DNA from: Candidatus Cloacimonadales bacterium | GTDB lineage: Bacteria > Cloacimonadota > Cloacimonadia > Cloacimonadales > DAONDQ01 | Assembly: GCA_963662275.1 (NCBI GenBank) | Contig: OY759316.1 | Coordinates: forward strand, 2,048,001 to 2,112,000 | Reading direction: 5' to 3' | DNA length: 64,000 nt | Part shown: positions 43,656-54,318 of the stretch, piece after piece | How positions within the stretch are numbered: the first letter of the stretch is position 1 | Layout: each line of letters opens with the position of its first letter | The notes under the pieces: generated by a model | Database searches by the model: none | Seen by the model: only the letters and a program-made list of their open reading frames with translations | What the model was told of the DNA's origin: nothing | Made by a program: the position numbers and the translations under genes

Positions 43656-43802
43656 TAATTCTATTTATACTTATCCAGCTATTTTCAAACATCTTTATTG
43701 AATATAGGTGGTCATTCAGTAGTGATTTTTTCGGGCGCAGTATTGCATTATATTGTGTTTCAATTTTACCATTTTTTATGGAAAGAAATCACCACTTAAA
43801 AG

Positions 43803-43828
43803 AAAAAAGCCGTTCTTATGAACGGCTT
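43803..43828 (-). terminator. Terminator downstream of tRNA-Leu(CAG)
   Basis: AAGCCGTTC...GAACGGCTT stem with an A run on the + strand. Confidence 0.7.
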
Positions 43829-43834
43829 AATTTA

Positions 43835-43922
43835 TGGTGCCGGAGCGGGGACTCGAACCCCGATGAGCATATTGCTCACTAGAACCTGAATCTAGCGTGT
43901 CTACCAATTTCACCACTTCGGC
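43835..43922 (-). tRNA. tRNA-Leu(CAG)
   Basis: Minus strand GCCGAAGTGGTGAAATTGGTAGAC...CTAGA-TT-CAG-GT-TCTAG...GTTCGAG...CGGCACCA. Confidence 0.97.
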
Positions 43923-44053
43923 AAGAAGTTGTTAAGCTATTTCTGTCTGGTTTCCCGTCAAGAAAAAAAACGTCTGTACTGCTTCTTGACAGTTTCTTTC
44001 GATACACGCTTTTGGTATTACGTCAGTATATAATGACCCCAAAGTGAGGTTCC

Positions 44054-44884
44054 ATGTTGACGCAACAATCTATTGGCATTTTTGATTCAGGTGTAGGCGG
44101 GTTGACTGTCTATCACGCTATAAGAAACGCTTTTCCACATGAAGATCTGGTCTATTTCGGTGATACTGCCAGAGTACCGTATGGTCCAAAATCAAAGAGA
44201 ACAGTGATCGACTATTCTATTCAAAATACACGTTTTCTATTGCAACAGCACGTAAAAATCATCGTAGTTGCGTGTAATACATCCTCTGCGGTCGCAATTG
44301 AAACTCTGAAAGAGATTACAGATATCCCTGTCATCGGTGTCATACTTCCCGGTGCTGAAGCAGCCGTAGCTGCAACACGTAATCACAGGATCGGTGTGAT
44401 TGGTACCTATGGTACGATTCGAAGCCAGGCTTATACCCAGGCAATTCTTAGCCTGATGCCTGAAGCCAAGGTCTTTTCACAGGCATGTCCGTTATTTGTT
44501 CCTCTTGCTGAAGAAGGATGGGAAGACCACATAGTAACGAAACAGATTGCTCAGGAGTATTTAAAAACTCTGCTAACAGAAGGGATTGACACACTAGTCC
44601 TGGGTTGTACGCATTATCCGATATTGAAGAGAGTCATACAGGATGTAGTTGGGACAAACATTATTCTTGTTGATAGCGCAGATGCCATTATTCCTCACCT
44701 TCTCCATGATTTGCCTGAACCAAGAACTGATGATATTGGAAAAGACACTTTTTTCGTAAGTGATAATGAGGCTCAATTCCTCAGCATAGCAAAACGGATA
44801 TTGGCAAATGAACCTAATTCTCTGCAAAAAGTTAGATTGGGTGAAAGCTGGTATATTGAGCAGAAGGTGACAGGTTCAGATTAG
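44054..44884 (+). CDS. murI: Glutamate racemase
   Basis: FDSGVGG, PYGPKS, ACNTSS, LGCTHYP motifs. Confidence 0.96.
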   Translation: MLTQQSIGIFDSGVGGLTVYHAIRNAFPHEDLVYFGDTARVPYGPKSKRTVIDYSIQNTRFLLQQHVKIIVVACNTSSAVAIETLKEITDIPVIGVILPGAEAAVAATRNHRIGVIGTYGTIRSQAYTQAILSLMPEAKVFSQACPLFVPLAEEGWEDHIVTKQIAQEYLKTLLTEGIDTLVLGCTHYPILKRVIQDVVGTNIILVDSADAIIPHLLHDLPEPRTDDIGKDTFFVSDNEAQFLSIAKRILANEPNSLQKVRLGESWYIEQKVTGSD

Positions 44885-45070
44885 GGAATAGGGAGTAGGG
44901 AGTAGGGTTCGTTGAGTGATAGTAGCACTGTTTTTAAACCATGGAAAAATTGTATAGAGATGAATTAACAGAAGGAGATAGGCTCATTGCAGAGGGATGA
45001 ACAGTCAGATCTCCCTCCCTTTTGTAAGGGAGGGGTTGTGGGAGAGTTAGTTCTGCTCTGAACCTTAACC

Positions 45071-45133
45071 CTGTATGCTGTACGCTGTACCCTGTACGCT
45101 GTATCCTGTACGCTGTATGCTGTACGCTGTACC
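45071..45133 (+). repeat. Heptamer tandem array CTGTA(C/T)(G/C) x9 upstream of pyrG
   Basis: Read directly. Confidence 0.9.
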
Positions 45134-45161
45134 CTTCATAAATAACACAAAGGATTGATAA

Positions 45162-46754
45162 ATGGCTAAATACATCTTTGTTATGGGTGGTGTTCTTTCT
45201 TCTCTCGGGAAGGGGATTGCATCTGCTTCCATAGGCATGTTGCTGAAAAGAATGGGTTATACCGTAGGAATGCAGAAGTTAGATCCGTATTTAAATGTCG
45301 ATCCGGGAACAATGAGTCCATTTCAGCATGGTGAAGTATTTGTAACTGACGATGGGGCAGAGACGGACCTTGATTTAGGACATTACGAAAGATTCCTGGA
45401 CCAGTCGCTGGATAAATATTCCAGTTCATCAGCCGGACAAGTTTACGAAACTGTACTGATGAAGGAACGTCGAGGTGATTATCTTGGCAAGACTGTTCAG
45501 GTGATACCGCATGTGACAAATGAGATCAAGGAGAGAATCAAGAAATACGATGGACAATTTGATATTATCCTTACTGAAATAGGTGGAACGGTTGGTGATA
45601 TTGAGAGTCTTCCATTCTTGGAAGCTGTCCGTCAATTTCGTTTGGAAGCAGGAATCAAAAACTCCCTGTTCATTCTTTTGACATATGTCCCTTATATTAA
45701 AGCTGCCGGAGAATTGAAGACGAAACCTTCCCAGCATAGCGCTTATAAATTACGTGAAATCGGTATTCAGCCTGATATTTTGCTTTGCCGTTCTGAAAAG
45801 GCTTTTGATGAGGAAATTTATAATAAAATTGCTCTTTTCACAAACGTACCTAGAGACCATGTATTTAATGCAATTGATGTTAAATCCGTTTATGAAGTAC
45901 CTAATATGTTTCTTAAACAGGGCGTGCCAGGTATCATCTGCAAGCATTTCCATATTAAAAAAAGCAAACCTCTTCTTAAGGATTGGCTGCAGTTCAACTA
46001 TAATCAATCACATGCGAAGAAAGATATTACTATTGCTATATGCGGAAAATACGTTAAACACCAGGATGCTTATAAAAGCGTGGAAGAGTCCCTGATTCAT
46101 GCAGCAGCATTTCACAGTCTGAAACTCAAAATCAAGTGGGTTGATTCGGAAGATACTATTTCGTCTGCCAATATTGCTAAGGAATTAATGAATGTGGATG
46201 GAGTACTTATTCCCGGTGGATTTGGTATTCGTGGTATTGAAGGCAAAATCGCAATTGTTCAATATGCCAGGGAGAATGGCATTCCATTTTTTGGAATCTG
46301 CCTGGGTATGCAGGTTGCTGCCATTGAATTTGCCCGTAACATCTGTAATTTAGCAGGTGCAAATAGCACGGAATTCGATACTGAGACAAAACATCCTGTG
46401 ATAGCTCTAATGGAAGATCAACAGTATATTGAAAAAATGGGTGGGACAATGCGACTTGGTGCTTATCCATGTAAAATGGTGAAAGGCACTTTGGCTGAAA
46501 GAATCTATGGCAATCCGGAAATTAGTGAAAGACATCGCCATCGCTATGAAGTGAATAACCTATACAGAGATGCCTTGACGAAGAAGGGAATGGTGATCTG
46601 TGGAATTTCACCTGATGGTTTACTGGTAGAGATGATTGAGTTGCCAAATCATCCATTCTTTATTGGAGTTCAGTTTCATCCTGAATTCAAATCCAGACCT
46701 ACGAATCCACAACCTATCTTTGCTGCCTTTGTACAAGCTGCAAGTAAAGCATAA
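45162..46754 (+). CDS. pyrG: CTP synthase
   Basis: GGVLSSLGKG, DPGTMSPFQHGE, GICLGMQ, QFHPEF motifs. Confidence 0.98.
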   Translation: MAKYIFVMGGVLSSLGKGIASASIGMLLKRMGYTVGMQKLDPYLNVDPGTMSPFQHGEVFVTDDGAETDLDLGHYERFLDQSLDKYSSSSAGQVYETVLMKERRGDYLGKTVQVIPHVTNEIKERIKKYDGQFDIILTEIGGTVGDIESLPFLEAVRQFRLEAGIKNSLFILLTYVPYIKAAGELKTKPSQHSAYKLREIGIQPDILLCRSEKAFDEEIYNKIALFTNVPRDHVFNAIDVKSVYEVPNMFLKQGVPGIICKHFHIKKSKPLLKDWLQFNYNQSHAKKDITIAICGKYVKHQDAYKSVEESLIHAAAFHSLKLKIKWVDSEDTISSANIAKELMNVDGVLIPGGFGIRGIEGKIAIVQYARENGIPFFGICLGMQVAAIEFARNICNLAGANSTEFDTETKHPVIALMEDQQYIEKMGGTMRLGAYPCKMVKGTLAERIYGNPEISERHRHRYEVNNLYRDALTKKGMVICGISPDGLLVEMIELPNHPFFIGVQFHPEFKSRPTNPQPIFAAFVQAASKA

Positions 46755-46774
46755 CTCAGTTCCTGCTCTACTAA

Positions 46775-49030
46775 TTACCTTTTTCTTTGCTTATTTCCTC
46801 TATTTCCTGACTTAAAATTCTTATGCTTGCTCCTGGCTTTGAACTTATCCTTGGAGCGGAAGTTCTCATCGTTCACATTTCTGCCTGTATGTTCCGAATC
46901 ATGCTCTGTCATTACTTCTTTCAAAGCAAAATAGACATCATCTGTGACTTGGCTGACCTGCACCTTAACCCGATCAACTAATTGCAGGAAAACACCGGTA
47001 GAGTCGCCTAAAATGCGCAGGAATTGGTCATCTACATCAAAACTATCACCTTTCAAGGTTGCTGTAGGCAAGATACCATGAATAGGAAGCTGATCCAACT
47101 GGATGAAGATATTCGTATTGTTCAAGCCTGTAACGATGCCTGTGTATTCCTCTCCCACGTTCTTCTTCATATATTCAGTGATCATGAATCTCTCCACATC
47201 ACGTTCAGACTGATCTGCAATCAGTTCCTTATCAGAAGCGATAGTCGCCATCGTCTCCATTTCCTTTGTCGTGAAATCAACACGTTCTGTATGCAATATG
47301 ACTGTCTTTAACAAATGATGAATGACAAGATCGCATAAACGTCTAATCGGAGATGTAAAGTGGGTGTATGTTTCCATTGCCAGTCCGAAGTGGGGGAGAT
47401 GACTGGTAGAGTATTTCGCTTTTTTCATACTGCGTAAAACTATCTTATCAAATACTTTATGATAATCTTCGCTAGGCAGGGACAGCAGGAATTCCTGCAA
47501 GGTTTTATTCATCGTTTCTTGACGTTCAAAGGTCAGTCCATAATATTCTGATAAAGCTTCCAGTTTATCGATCTTTTCAGAATCAGGAAATTCATGAACA
47601 CGATACATTGTGGTTTTAGATTTCTCACTCAATTGCCAGGCTACATATTCATTGGCGATCAGCATAAAGTTCTCTATCAGCGTATGGGACTCTGTTTCAT
47701 AAGATAGATCCAGTCTACGAATCAGACCTTCATCATCATAGATGTATTCTGTTTCAGGAAGATCGAAGAACAAGTAACCCTGTTTTCTTCTCTTTTCTGA
47801 TAAAACCTTTGATAGGATACGCATTTCATGAAGAATATCTTGTACTGGTTGAGGAATGCTATTCTCCTGTCCGGCAAAGAGTTTATCCACTTCTTCATAA
47901 TTCAGACGAGAATCAGATTTAATGACGCTCTCACAGATTTCATGTTTGTAAATACGACCTTGCTTATCCATTTCCGCAATGACTGTCATGGTATATTTCT
48001 CTTCATCGGGACGCAGGCTGCACAGTTTGTTAGAAACCTGTTCAGGAAGCATGGGGATGACTTTCTTAGGAAAATAGTAGCTGTTCCCACGATTTAAGAC
48101 TTCCGTGAATAGGGGAGAGCCGGTTTTAACATAATGCGCCACATCTGCAATATGCACATAGAGTTTATAGCCCTGATCAGTTATCTCCAGAGAAATAGCG
48201 TCGTCGTAATCTTTTGCAGAGATGGGATCAATTGTGAAAGTCAATAAATTACGGAAATCGTGGCGTTTGGCAATCTCTTCCGCTGTAATCTCAACCGGTA
48301 ATGCATTGGCAGCATTGATCACTTCCACTGGAAATTCTAAGGGAAGGTCGTACTGTTTCATGATTCCCAACATCTCGATATCCGGATTACCGGCAGTTCC
48401 CAGGACTTCAATTACTTTACCTGCGGGAACCTTATTTGAAGCTCTGCTGCCCCAATTCGTGATAGCTATGATAACTTTATCTCCTACTCTTGCTGTTCCC
48501 TGGTCTGAAATCTCGAAATAGGTAGATATCCTTCGATTATCATTCACGAAAATGATCTTGCCTTGGTATTCAGTGATATTACCAACGAATTGATCACGAG
48601 CCCTTTTGAGGACATCTCTAATGATTCCGTACTGTTTGTTCTGCCTGCCATACTTGATTTCAACACGTACGATATCGTCATGAAAAGCATTGAGTGTATC
48701 TTCAGAGGAGACAAAATAATCACCATTCTCGGTGATCACAAAAGCATAGGATAGGTTCTTTGCTAAGGAAGTGGCGTCAAATCTGCCTTCAACGAACAAT
48801 TCTTTTTGTGTTGATTGCTCTTCAACAGGTTTTCCATCCGATAATCTATATTCACGATTCTTTAAGTGAATAGAACCATCTTTTATCATATCCTGTAAGG
48901 TTAACTTCAATATCTTTCCCTGGTGTCTTGGAAGCCTGACGTTTTCAGCAAGCTGCTCATAAGTAAAACCATATTCAGGTTTTGTGTTCATAAACTCTAG
49001 TATTTGGTATTTGTAAATCTTGTTGTCCAT
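46775..49030 (-). CDS. rnr: Ribonuclease R (RNB family)
   Basis: TIDPISAKDYDDA, HIADV, YTHFTSPIRR, C-terminal S1 domain and basic tail. Confidence 0.92.
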   Translation of the reverse strand: MDNKIYKYQILEFMNTKPEYGFTYEQLAENVRLPRHQGKILKLTLQDMIKDGSIHLKNREYRLSDGKPVEEQSTQKELFVEGRFDATSLAKNLSYAFVITENGDYFVSSEDTLNAFHDDIVRVEIKYGRQNKQYGIIRDVLKRARDQFVGNITEYQGKIIFVNDNRRISTYFEISDQGTARVGDKVIIAITNWGSRASNKVPAGKVIEVLGTAGNPDIEMLGIMKQYDLPLEFPVEVINAANALPVEITAEEIAKRHDFRNLLTFTIDPISAKDYDDAISLEITDQGYKLYVHIADVAHYVKTGSPLFTEVLNRGNSYYFPKKVIPMLPEQVSNKLCSLRPDEEKYTMTVIAEMDKQGRIYKHEICESVIKSDSRLNYEEVDKLFAGQENSIPQPVQDILHEMRILSKVLSEKRRKQGYLFFDLPETEYIYDDEGLIRRLDLSYETESHTLIENFMLIANEYVAWQLSEKSKTTMYRVHEFPDSEKIDKLEALSEYYGLTFERQETMNKTLQEFLLSLPSEDYHKVFDKIVLRSMKKAKYSTSHLPHFGLAMETYTHFTSPIRRLCDLVIHHLLKTVILHTERVDFTTKEMETMATIASDKELIADQSERDVERFMITEYMKKNVGEEYTGIVTGLNNTNIFIQLDQLPIHGILPTATLKGDSFDVDDQFLRILGDSTGVFLQLVDRVKVQVSQVTDDVYFALKEVMTEHDSEHTGRNVNDENFRSKDKFKARSKHKNFKSGNRGNKQRKR

Positions 49031-49032
49031 AA

Positions 49033-49470
49033 TTAGTACTTTTTTCCTATTTTTTCTTGTAGTAGTTCTGTTAATTCGGGTAATTCCGCTCGTGTCTTAG
49101 AAAATCTTAAAGACTGACCACGAAAGGGATCAAGACGACGAGGTATCTTGAATGTGCTTAACATGATACCATTCTTATCGGCATAAAAACATCCGAAATC
49201 AGAGTATTTTCGTTGAATCCTGATGAACCAGTAAAATACAATGAAATGGTCTTCAAAGAACAGATAACGTGTCACGATAAAATATGGCATCAGATTACCA
49301 ATAACCAGCCCCATACCAAAGTAATAAAAGAATGGTGTATTCCATCTTACAATCGCTGTTCGCCATAATATAATATTCAGTAAGAGAAGGAACAAGACCA
49401 ATAGGGAAGAGGTGACAGGTTTTTCTAAAAACGGGTGAGAGTGCCATTCTAATATGGGCTTACTCAACAT
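49033..49470 (-). CDS. Hypothetical membrane protein
   Basis: Two TM helices; coupled between yicC-like gene and rnr. Confidence 0.7.
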   Translation of the reverse strand: MLSKPILEWHSHPFLEKPVTSSLLVLFLLLLNIILWRTAIVRWNTPFFYYFGMGLVIGNLMPYFIVTRYLFFEDHFIVFYWFIRIQRKYSDFGCFYADKNGIMLSTFKIPRRLDPFRGQSLRFSKTRAELPELTELLQEKIGKKY

Positions 49471-50341
49471 TCTGAACCATCTCCCTAATCTTCTCGATTT
49501 CTTCCTTTATGATGAGAACATCCTGGAATGAATCCGGTGTGCTGTACTTCGAACCAAGTGTATTCCCTTCTCGATGCATTTCCTGTATGATAAAATTCAA
49601 CGTCTTACCGGTTTCCTCTGAATTATTACTATTAAGAATTGCCTGGAATCTCTTAATGTGGTCTTCCAAGCGCATCAACTCTTCATGAATGTCTGCTTTA
49701 TCTATGTAGATTGCTGTTTCCATGAGCAACCTCTTCTCATTCTCTTCCGTCAAGTGCTCTTTCAGTAATTCCTGGATACGTGTTTTGTACTTTTCATATA
49801 ATGTGGATTTGTATGCTTCAAATGCAAGATTAACATTTTTTGAAGAAACCTGAATCTTTTCCAGTGAATCTGATAAAACAGCACACATACCTCTTCCTTC
49901 TGACAATGCCATCTCTTCCTGCTTCTGAATAGCTTCATTAAGGCATTTGATATAACCTGTCTTGAATTCCTGGTTATCTAGTGATTCTGTGTTGATGATT
50001 AGTACACCAGGCTCATCCAGAACTTTGTCAATGGATATTTCCTGTTCAGTTTTCAACATTACTTTAACCTTCTGGAATAGATCCCAATAGGTTTTAAGCT
50101 TGTTCTCATCCATTTCAATCTGAGGTATTCTCCTGTCACGCAGATTAACACGCACGTCTATAAAACCTCTTTTTATCGTCTCTCGAAGTGTATTCCTGGT
50201 AGTGATTTCCATAAAATTGAGTTCGCGGGGTAAATATAGCTTTAAATCGAAGAATCTAGAGTTAACAGATTTTAATTCTATATCCAAATCCATTTCTTGG
50301 ATAATTATACTTGATTTTCCATATCCCGTCATACTCTTCAT
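49460..50341 (-). CDS. yicC: YicC/YloC family endoribonuclease
   Basis: MKSMTGYG, KSVNSRF, EMHREGNTLGSK, EKIREMVQNVE motifs. Confidence 0.93.
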   Translation of the reverse strand: MKSMTGYGKSSIIIQEMDLDIELKSVNSRFFDLKLYLPRELNFMEITTRNTLRETIKRGFIDVRVNLRDRRIPQIEMDENKLKTYWDLFQKVKVMLKTEQEISIDKVLDEPGVLIINTESLDNQEFKTGYIKCLNEAIQKQEEMALSEGRGMCAVLSDSLEKIQVSSKNVNLAFEAYKSTLYEKYKTRIQELLKEHLTEENEKRLLMETAIYIDKADIHEELMRLEDHIKRFQAILNSNNSEETGKTLNFIIQEMHREGNTLGSKYSTPDSFQDVLIIKEEIEKIREMVQNVE

Positions 50342-50709
50342 TAGGATGATCTCCTTTGTCTAATTCAATTTGAAAAGAGGTATGATTGATTTTATTTTAC
50401 CTTGCTATACTGACAAGTTAATTCTTTCCACACAAAAACCAAAAGACTTTGTTTTTCAATTCACGAACTAACCAAAATACAATTTACAGAGTGTGCTCAA
50501 ATAAAAATTGTGGGAAGAGAAAAACGATAGGTGGTAGTAGGGAAGAACCAGGTAAGCATCTTAACTGCATAAAGTTAGACTGATTCATGCTAGTTTACAT
50601 AATGATGATTATATCGTGTATCGCAAAGGTCTTTGAAGAGAGGGATTGCAGCGTTTATTAAAAGAAACGAAATCACAGGACAAACTCATTTGTTAGGCTA
50701 CAGAGCAAA

Positions 50710-52107
50710 TTATCTTAGACTCTCAATTTCTTGCAAGAATAATTCTTCCTGTTTTTCAGATTGCCATTTCCAGAACACGTCACCTGAAATAACGGGGATG
50801 TTCTTCTTTCTGCAGAATCTGACAAGCGGTGTTTCGGTTTTTGAGTATGGAAGATCGATCACATTGTCAAAATGAAGATTTTGTAAAAGCGTGTTATCAG
50901 GAACACCTTTCATGCCTAAAGGGGTACAATTTATTAGCAAACTCCATTTTCCATCATTTAAAGCGTTTTTAGATACCTGGGATACATGATATACGTCTGA
51001 GAGTTCTTTTTGCCGCTTTTCATTCCTGCCATAGATACATATATTCGGGTAACCTGACATGATGGAAAGAGCCATTTCAGCCATTGCGCCTGTGCCAAAG
51101 ATCAATACTGATGCACCTTTGATGAAGTTTAGGAACAACAATGAACGTCTGAATGCTATTTCATCGTTATTAATTGCTCGATATTCATAATTTGCTTCAT
51201 TTTTCCCTGGTAAGAAACAATTGGCAATTTTGGTTTCAGAATTAATTGACTCGGTTATGCTTTTCTTCCATGGCATTGTAATTGAGAAGCCATAAAAGGA
51301 TATAAATTTGGATGAAGCTGTAAACCATTTCCAGAAATCATCCCAATCAGTAACTTGGAATGGCAGATATGCTGCAGGATAACTCTTTTGTCGAAAAACT
51401 TGACTATAGTAAGTTAGTCCTTTAGAATTCCAGACCTGTTCTCCACCAATAATACCACCTATATGATAAGCTGCATTGATGGATCTCAATCCAAAGATTT
51501 GGCTTTCTTCATAAGTTAATTGACCTAAAGCTGTTTCTTGACCTTGAATGCCAATATAAGTGCCCACCGAACCAAGATGTGTGTATAACATTCTTGCCAG
51601 CTTACCTAGTTTTCCCAGTCCTGCGAATAATACAGGTTTATTGGATAGACTTAATTCCGTATGCAAAATAGTCAACTGAGAATAAGTATTTACCTCAATA
51701 GCCAATTTCAAGTAATGTGCTGGAAGTCTGTTAGATAGCTCAACGATCTCATGTAATACTTGATATGCATTCTCATTATTTTTCGCATGCCAGGAAAGAA
51801 TTAATCTCTCGGGATTCAGTGAATGATCTTCTTTCAAATAATGGAAGATTTCATCATCTACAAGCGCTTCTGAGTATCGGAGTACATTCTTGTATAGTTG
51901 AAGCTTTTCCATTCGTGTAAAGCTATGAATACCACCTTCAGTTGAATCTCTAATGGTTACAATTGTTTTCGGAGTCAATGAAGAGACATCAAAGTCACCT
52001 AAATGTGTTCCATAATCAAGACGGTATTCGATAAAATCTGTATCTTTATTAATTGATTGAACTATTGGATCATCTTTTAATGAATAGGGAATAGACAGTA
52101 TGATCAT
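50710..52107 (-). CDS. Fused type I 3-dehydroquinate dehydratase / shikimate dehydrogenase (divergent)
   Basis: IEYRLD, TIRD..EGG, ILSWH, GFSITMPWK, GTGAMA, INCTPLGM; start placed at ATG 52107 overlapping the aroC stop. Confidence 0.75.
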   Translation of the reverse strand: MIILSIPYSLKDDPIVQSINKDTDFIEYRLDYGTHLGDFDVSSLTPKTIVTIRDSTEGGIHSFTRMEKLQLYKNVLRYSEALVDDEIFHYLKEDHSLNPERLILSWHAKNNENAYQVLHEIVELSNRLPAHYLKLAIEVNTYSQLTILHTELSLSNKPVLFAGLGKLGKLARMLYTHLGSVGTYIGIQGQETALGQLTYEESQIFGLRSINAAYHIGGIIGGEQVWNSKGLTYYSQVFRQKSYPAAYLPFQVTDWDDFWKWFTASSKFISFYGFSITMPWKKSITESINSETKIANCFLPGKNEANYEYRAINNDEIAFRRSLLFLNFIKGASVLIFGTGAMAEMALSIMSGYPNICIYGRNEKRQKELSDVYHVSQVSKNALNDGKWSLLINCTPLGMKGVPDNTLLQNLHFDNVIDLPYSKTETPLVRFCRKKNIPVISGDVFWKWQSEKQEELFLQEIESLR

Positions 52108-53402
52108 TCTTTCTTTCCCATGTTTATAATCTGGAACCAGATTGCGTCTATTTTTCCAGCCCCTATCCCCCACTCTTCACCAATTTTATGAAGCCTGCCT
52201 AAGAGGTCTCTTTCCCGATCTTTATCTTCAAGAGGAACATTACTGTGTAATTTATATTCTCTAATTTTCTTTACAATCTCAAAACGTCGAAACAAAGCTA
52301 ACAGGATATCTTCATCGATTTTATCGATAGCTTCTCTGTAATCCGATAAGGATTGTTTTTCCTGTTTGATAAGCTTTTGGAACGCTAGTGCATCAGCTAA
52401 AACGAGTTTGATCATCGCTTCTGCCACAGGGATAACACGTGGAGCGATACAGACATCAAATCTGCCTTCCATGCTGATCTTTGAAGATTTACCCAGATGA
52501 TTGACCGTTTCTTGAGGCATATGAATAGATGGAGTAGGTTTTACCGCATAACGCAATGTGATTTGCTGACCTGTAGAAATGCCACCGAGGATTCCACCCA
52601 TGTGATTACTGCTAAAACCATTCTCATTCATCATATCGTTGCTTTGATTACCTGTCATAGAGCAAAGAGCAAATCCATCACCGAATTCAATACCTTTCAC
52701 TCCTCCAATGGATAGAATCGCTTTTGCCAGATTAGCATCAAGTTTCTCAAATACAGGATCACCCAATCCGCATACCAGGTTATCAATTCTCACTTCAACA
52801 ACTGCCCCGACTGAATTGCCTTTCGCAAGTAATTGCTGCAAGTAGTTCTCAACTTCATGAAGTGAATTAGAATCAGCCCAATAGAATGGGTTGTCTTCGT
52901 AGATAGCGTTTGATGTAGCCATAAAATGCCCTATTTGAATCATTTTGGATGAGATTTGAATATTACCCAATATATCAGAAACCAATCCTGATGCAGTAAC
53001 ACGTGCTACAGTCTCACGACCGCTTGCTCTGCCACCACCACGATAATCAAAAATCTTGTACTTTTGAAAATATGTATAATCAGCGTGACCGGGACGGAAT
53101 AGCTCTTTTAGGATGGTATAATCTTCACTACGGGCATCAGTGTTGTAAACAACAAGACAGATCGGCATACCGGTGGTCTTACCTTCAAAAACACCGGATA
53201 AGATATGTATCTTATCTTCTTCCTTCCTAGCTGATGATGAGATGGATTGATTTGGTCTACGTTTATCAAGAAGAGCTTGAATTTCCTGCAAAGGAAAATC
53301 CATACCCGGTACAACATCTTCAATAACTACACCAACAGCAGGTCCATGACTCTCACCGAAAGTGGTTATACCAAAGAATTTACCAAATGAATTTCCGTTC
53401 AT
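52104..53402 (-). CDS. aroC: Chorismate synthase with C-terminal AroQ-type chorismate mutase domain
   Basis: TFGESHG, RPGHAD, GGGRASGRET, GGILGGIS; tail LSDYREAIDKIDEDILLALFRR...DKDRE. Confidence 0.9.
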   Translation of the reverse strand: MNGNSFGKFFGITTFGESHGPAVGVVIEDVVPGMDFPLQEIQALLDKRRPNQSISSSARKEEDKIHILSGVFEGKTTGMPICLVVYNTDARSEDYTILKELFRPGHADYTYFQKYKIFDYRGGGRASGRETVARVTASGLVSDILGNIQISSKMIQIGHFMATSNAIYEDNPFYWADSNSLHEVENYLQQLLAKGNSVGAVVEVRIDNLVCGLGDPVFEKLDANLAKAILSIGGVKGIEFGDGFALCSMTGNQSNDMMNENGFSSNHMGGILGGISTGQQITLRYAVKPTPSIHMPQETVNHLGKSSKISMEGRFDVCIAPRVIPVAEAMIKLVLADALAFQKLIKQEKQSLSDYREAIDKIDEDILLALFRRFEIVKKIREYKLHSNVPLEDKDRERDLLGRLHKIGEEWGIGAGKIDAIWFQIINMGKKE

Positions 53403-54283
53403 GTAAATAAGCAGTTAAATGGAGCTAGTAGATTGTCCTCAAACAACTGGATATGCTCTTTGCTGGCATCTCTCAATTCCTGGAAATGCTTCACAAGATT
53501 CAATTCAGATTCAATGTGTTCAAGTCGAGTTTGTAATATCTCCCTGATGTCATCAAAGGGAAGCAGCTTTGACTCATGCCTTCCGATTAACATCAGGATA
53601 TGATATCCCATTGGAGAAGGAAAGGGATTGCTGATTTCGTTCAATTTCAAGCTAAAAGCCACATCATCCATTTCCTTCATTAGTTTATCACGATAGAAGA
53701 ATCCCAGGTCACCACATTTCTTAGAACTTGGGCAATCGGAATATTCCTTGGAAGCTTTAATAAAATCGTCTAGAGTATGTATGTTTTTTCGTATCATTTC
53801 AGCTTTCTCACGGGATTCTTCCGATACTCCCTCGATGAGAATATGTTTACAATCCACTTCTTCCTGGGTCATGAACAGTTCTTGGTTATCCAGGTAAAAC
53901 TGCTTCAGTTTGGATTCAGGAATTTCTACAGGTATTTGTTGAAATTTCTGAATATGCTTTCGCAGGAGAATTTTATTCCTAACAATTTCTCTCAGATCTT
54001 TTTCCAGGAAGCGATTTTTTAACAACATCGCATCAAAATCATCTTCAGTGTCGAATTCGTTGATGAAATCAAACAGCTCAGAATCATATTCCTCAGGTGT
54101 TATGACAATATTTTCATCGGCAGCTTCATGAAGAAGGAGATAGCGATCAATAACAACTTTGAGTGCTTTTTTCTGTAAGGTGCAGATCATGAAATTATCA
54201 ACGATTTTACTTAATTGGTCTAATTCACGCATAAATTCACTTCTGCGTATCTCATGTCCATAGACTTTGGCGACAACATCCAT
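53399..54283 (-). CDS. PpiC/parvulin-type peptidyl-prolyl isomerase
   Basis: KHILI, YSDCPS, GDLGFF, GYHIL motifs. Confidence 0.85.
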   Translation of the reverse strand: MDVVAKVYGHEIRRSEFMRELDQLSKIVDNFMICTLQKKALKVVIDRYLLLHEAADENIVITPEEYDSELFDFINEFDTEDDFDAMLLKNRFLEKDLREIVRNKILLRKHIQKFQQIPVEIPESKLKQFYLDNQELFMTQEEVDCKHILIEGVSEESREKAEMIRKNIHTLDDFIKASKEYSDCPSSKKCGDLGFFYRDKLMKEMDDVAFSLKLNEISNPFPSPMGYHILMLIGRHESKLLPFDDIREILQTRLEHIESELNLVKHFQELRDASKEHIQLFEDNLLAPFNCLFT

Positions 54284-54318
54284 GCTAAACCTCAATTCTC
54301 AATTTGTATTTGTTGATC

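Noticed and set aside
43501..43692. 63-aa minus-strand ORF
   Set aside because: Antisense to tRNA-Ser and tadA.
43700..43800. Possible SRP RNA or other ncRNA between the tRNAs (imperfect AGTAGTGATTTTTTC/GAAAGAAATCACCACT stem)
   Set aside because: No SRP helix-8 motif recognised; a single weak AT-rich stem is insufficient.
45071..45133. pyrG attenuator or riboswitch role for the heptamer array
   Set aside because: No terminator/antiterminator pairing seen, and similar arrays occur at unrelated loci.
52108..52173. N-terminal extension of AroD-AroE
   Set aside because: Overlaps aroC; ATG 52107 coupled to the aroC stop is more plausible.
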